A stretch of DNA of 35,005 nt, from IMG/VR virus record IMGVR_UViG_3300035396_000446, positions 1 through 35,005 of that record, one strand, 5' to 3'. Positions 33,901-35,005 of this stretch are shown one piece after another. The notes beneath the pieces were generated by a model. That model ran no database searches and was not told the origin of the DNA. It worked only from the letters and a program-made list of their open reading frames with translations. The position numbers and the translations under genes are program-made. This DNA comes from a virus (lineage: Duplodnaviria > Heunggongvirae > Uroviricota > Caudoviricetes). Within the stretch, counting starts at the first letter, position 1. Every line of letters starts with the position of its first letter.

Positions 33901-35005
33901 TTAATAATTATCTAAAGGAGTTGTCTCATTGGTCTCTGGGGCAGGGAGCTCTTCACCAGCAGGGGCTTCCGCACCTGGTTCTGTAACTTCTTCAGCACCT
34001 TCTTCAGGGACAACCTCTCCTTCTTCTCCCGCAGGGGACTCTTGTTCAGTATTTGATGCAACTTGTTGAGTAATATCAAAAAGATCTGTGAAAATTTCTG
34101 CAAGTCTGTCTTCTGTAAAATTACCAGATTCTCGCATATCTCTAAGTTCTTTAATTAAGTTTGCAAGCTCGTTATTTTCTTGATTTCCATTCCAAAAAAT
34201 ATTTTCTATAACAGTAAGAAGTGCGCTTATTATAGACATTTCTTTTTCTGCCTGTGGCTCTAATTGATCATCAGTAGGAATTTCTGCTGATTGATCTTCT
34301 TCAGGAGCTGCTCCCATGTCTTGAGCTGCATCTTGCATTTCATCTTCCCCTGATACATCTGTCGCTTCTGGTGGTAGGTCTCCAGCAGTTGTAGCATCAT
34401 TTCTAGAAGCATCTGCATCTTCTGGCGCCTCTGTTAGAAGAGACCAAGTGAGCATACTTCCCTTGTTCTTAGAAATACCTTCTTCTAAAACTTTCATTTT
34501 GTCTAAAAGACCTTTTGTACCGGATATAGCCATAATAGTTTTATTTAGCATTTCTTCTAACTCTGATTCTGCTAATAAAGTAATGTTTTTATATCTCTCA
34601 AGAAACACGGGGAGTTTACTTGAATTATCAAGAGCCTCTTGTAGTCTTGCTCTAAAATCTTTATCTTTCCAAAGTTTTTTTGCAATTAAACTAGATTTCT
34701 TAAATCCAATAGTCGTATACTTCGCAACTTGAGGTGTAGTATTCTTATCAATAACTTTTTTATTTCTAAAAATTTTACCGCAACCTTTTACAAAATCAAA
34801 CTTCTCATAAATAAGAGGGGTTTTATTTGTGTTCTCGAACTCAGTTATAAACTTTTTGAAAAACTCATTTTCATTTAAAGTTGAAATAACTTCTTTTGCT
34901 TTCTTTAAATTGTTAATTCTTAGTTTCTTTCCAGAGGAAATTTTAGCAACAGGAGATTTTTCTTTAAGAAGAGAATCAAGAGTATTCTTAATTCTATTAT
35001 AAGGA
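33901..35005 (-). CDS. Putative prohead core protein (5'-truncated; the frame stays open past the window end)
   Basis: Manual translation from 34608 to 35005 finds no in-frame stop, so the track's GTG start is internal. Acidic Pro/Glu-rich C-terminus. Confidence 0.8.
   Translation of the reverse strand, partial: PYNRIKNTLDSLLKEKSPVAKISSGKKLRINNLKKAKEVISTLNENEFFKKFITEFENTNKTPLIYEKFDFVKGCGKIFRNKKVIDKNTTPQVAKYTTIGFKKSSLIAKKLWKDKDFRARLQEALDNSSKLPVFLERYKNITLLAESELEEMLNKTIMAISGTKGLLDKMKVLEEGISKNKGSMLTWSLLTEAPEDADASRNDATTAGDLPPEATDVSGEDEMQDAAQDMGAAPEEDQSAEIPTDDQLEPQAEKEMSIISALLTVIENIFWNGNQENNELANLIKELRDMRESGNFTEDRLAEIFTDLFDITQQVASNTEQESPAGEEGEVVPEEGAEEVTEPGAEAPAGEELPAPETNETTPLDNY

Noticed and set aside
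2880-34732. Many short track ORFs antisense to or nested in long genes (e.g. 2951-3133, 4968-5282, 6321-6611, 11967-12176, 26942-27247, 29453-29836, 29833-30120, 32243-32491, 34448-34732)
   Set aside because: They are shadow or alternative frames of well-supported genes, with no SD, promoter or recognisable motif.
1-35005. Stop-codon reassignment, as in some jumbo phages
   Set aside because: Conserved genes are full length in the standard code, and TAG and TGA stops abut the next gene's start or SD.

Overview
This window comes from a large, AT-rich T4-like (jumbo myovirus-type) phage genome and covers the head-to-neck-to-tail morphogenesis region. Almost everything is on the minus strand and reads normally in the standard genetic code. 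In transcription order (right to left) it contains: a prohead-core-like gene running off the window, a second core-like gene, a gp21-type prohead protease, a 57-aa gene missed by the ORF track, an acidic protein, the scaffold, the gp23-type major capsid protein and its terminator. Next come a collar/adapter-like gene and three giant modular fibre or decoration proteins (2053, 1506 and 1077 aa), with a GH105 unsaturated-uronyl hydrolase between the first two. These are followed by an AT-rich 4.4-kb accessory block: STAS-like protein, alpha/beta hydrolase, three holin-like membrane proteins, an intact receiver (REC) domain and a 6TM-PAS-degenerate GGDEF protein. The window ends with an 826-aa orphan, gp13/gp14/gp15-like neck genes and the N-terminal part of the tail sheath. 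The accessory block is the best candidate for an undescribed system, a phage-encoded signalling module linked to putative lysis genes, but its function is inference only. A strand-specific motif AAWTAAAGATAAY with upstream A-tracts precedes the minus-strand operons and is probably a phage late promoter. Several SD-led micro-ORFs sit in the operon leaders. One plus-strand gene has its own near-consensus sigma70 promoter. All family assignments come from motif recognition by eye; no searches were run.
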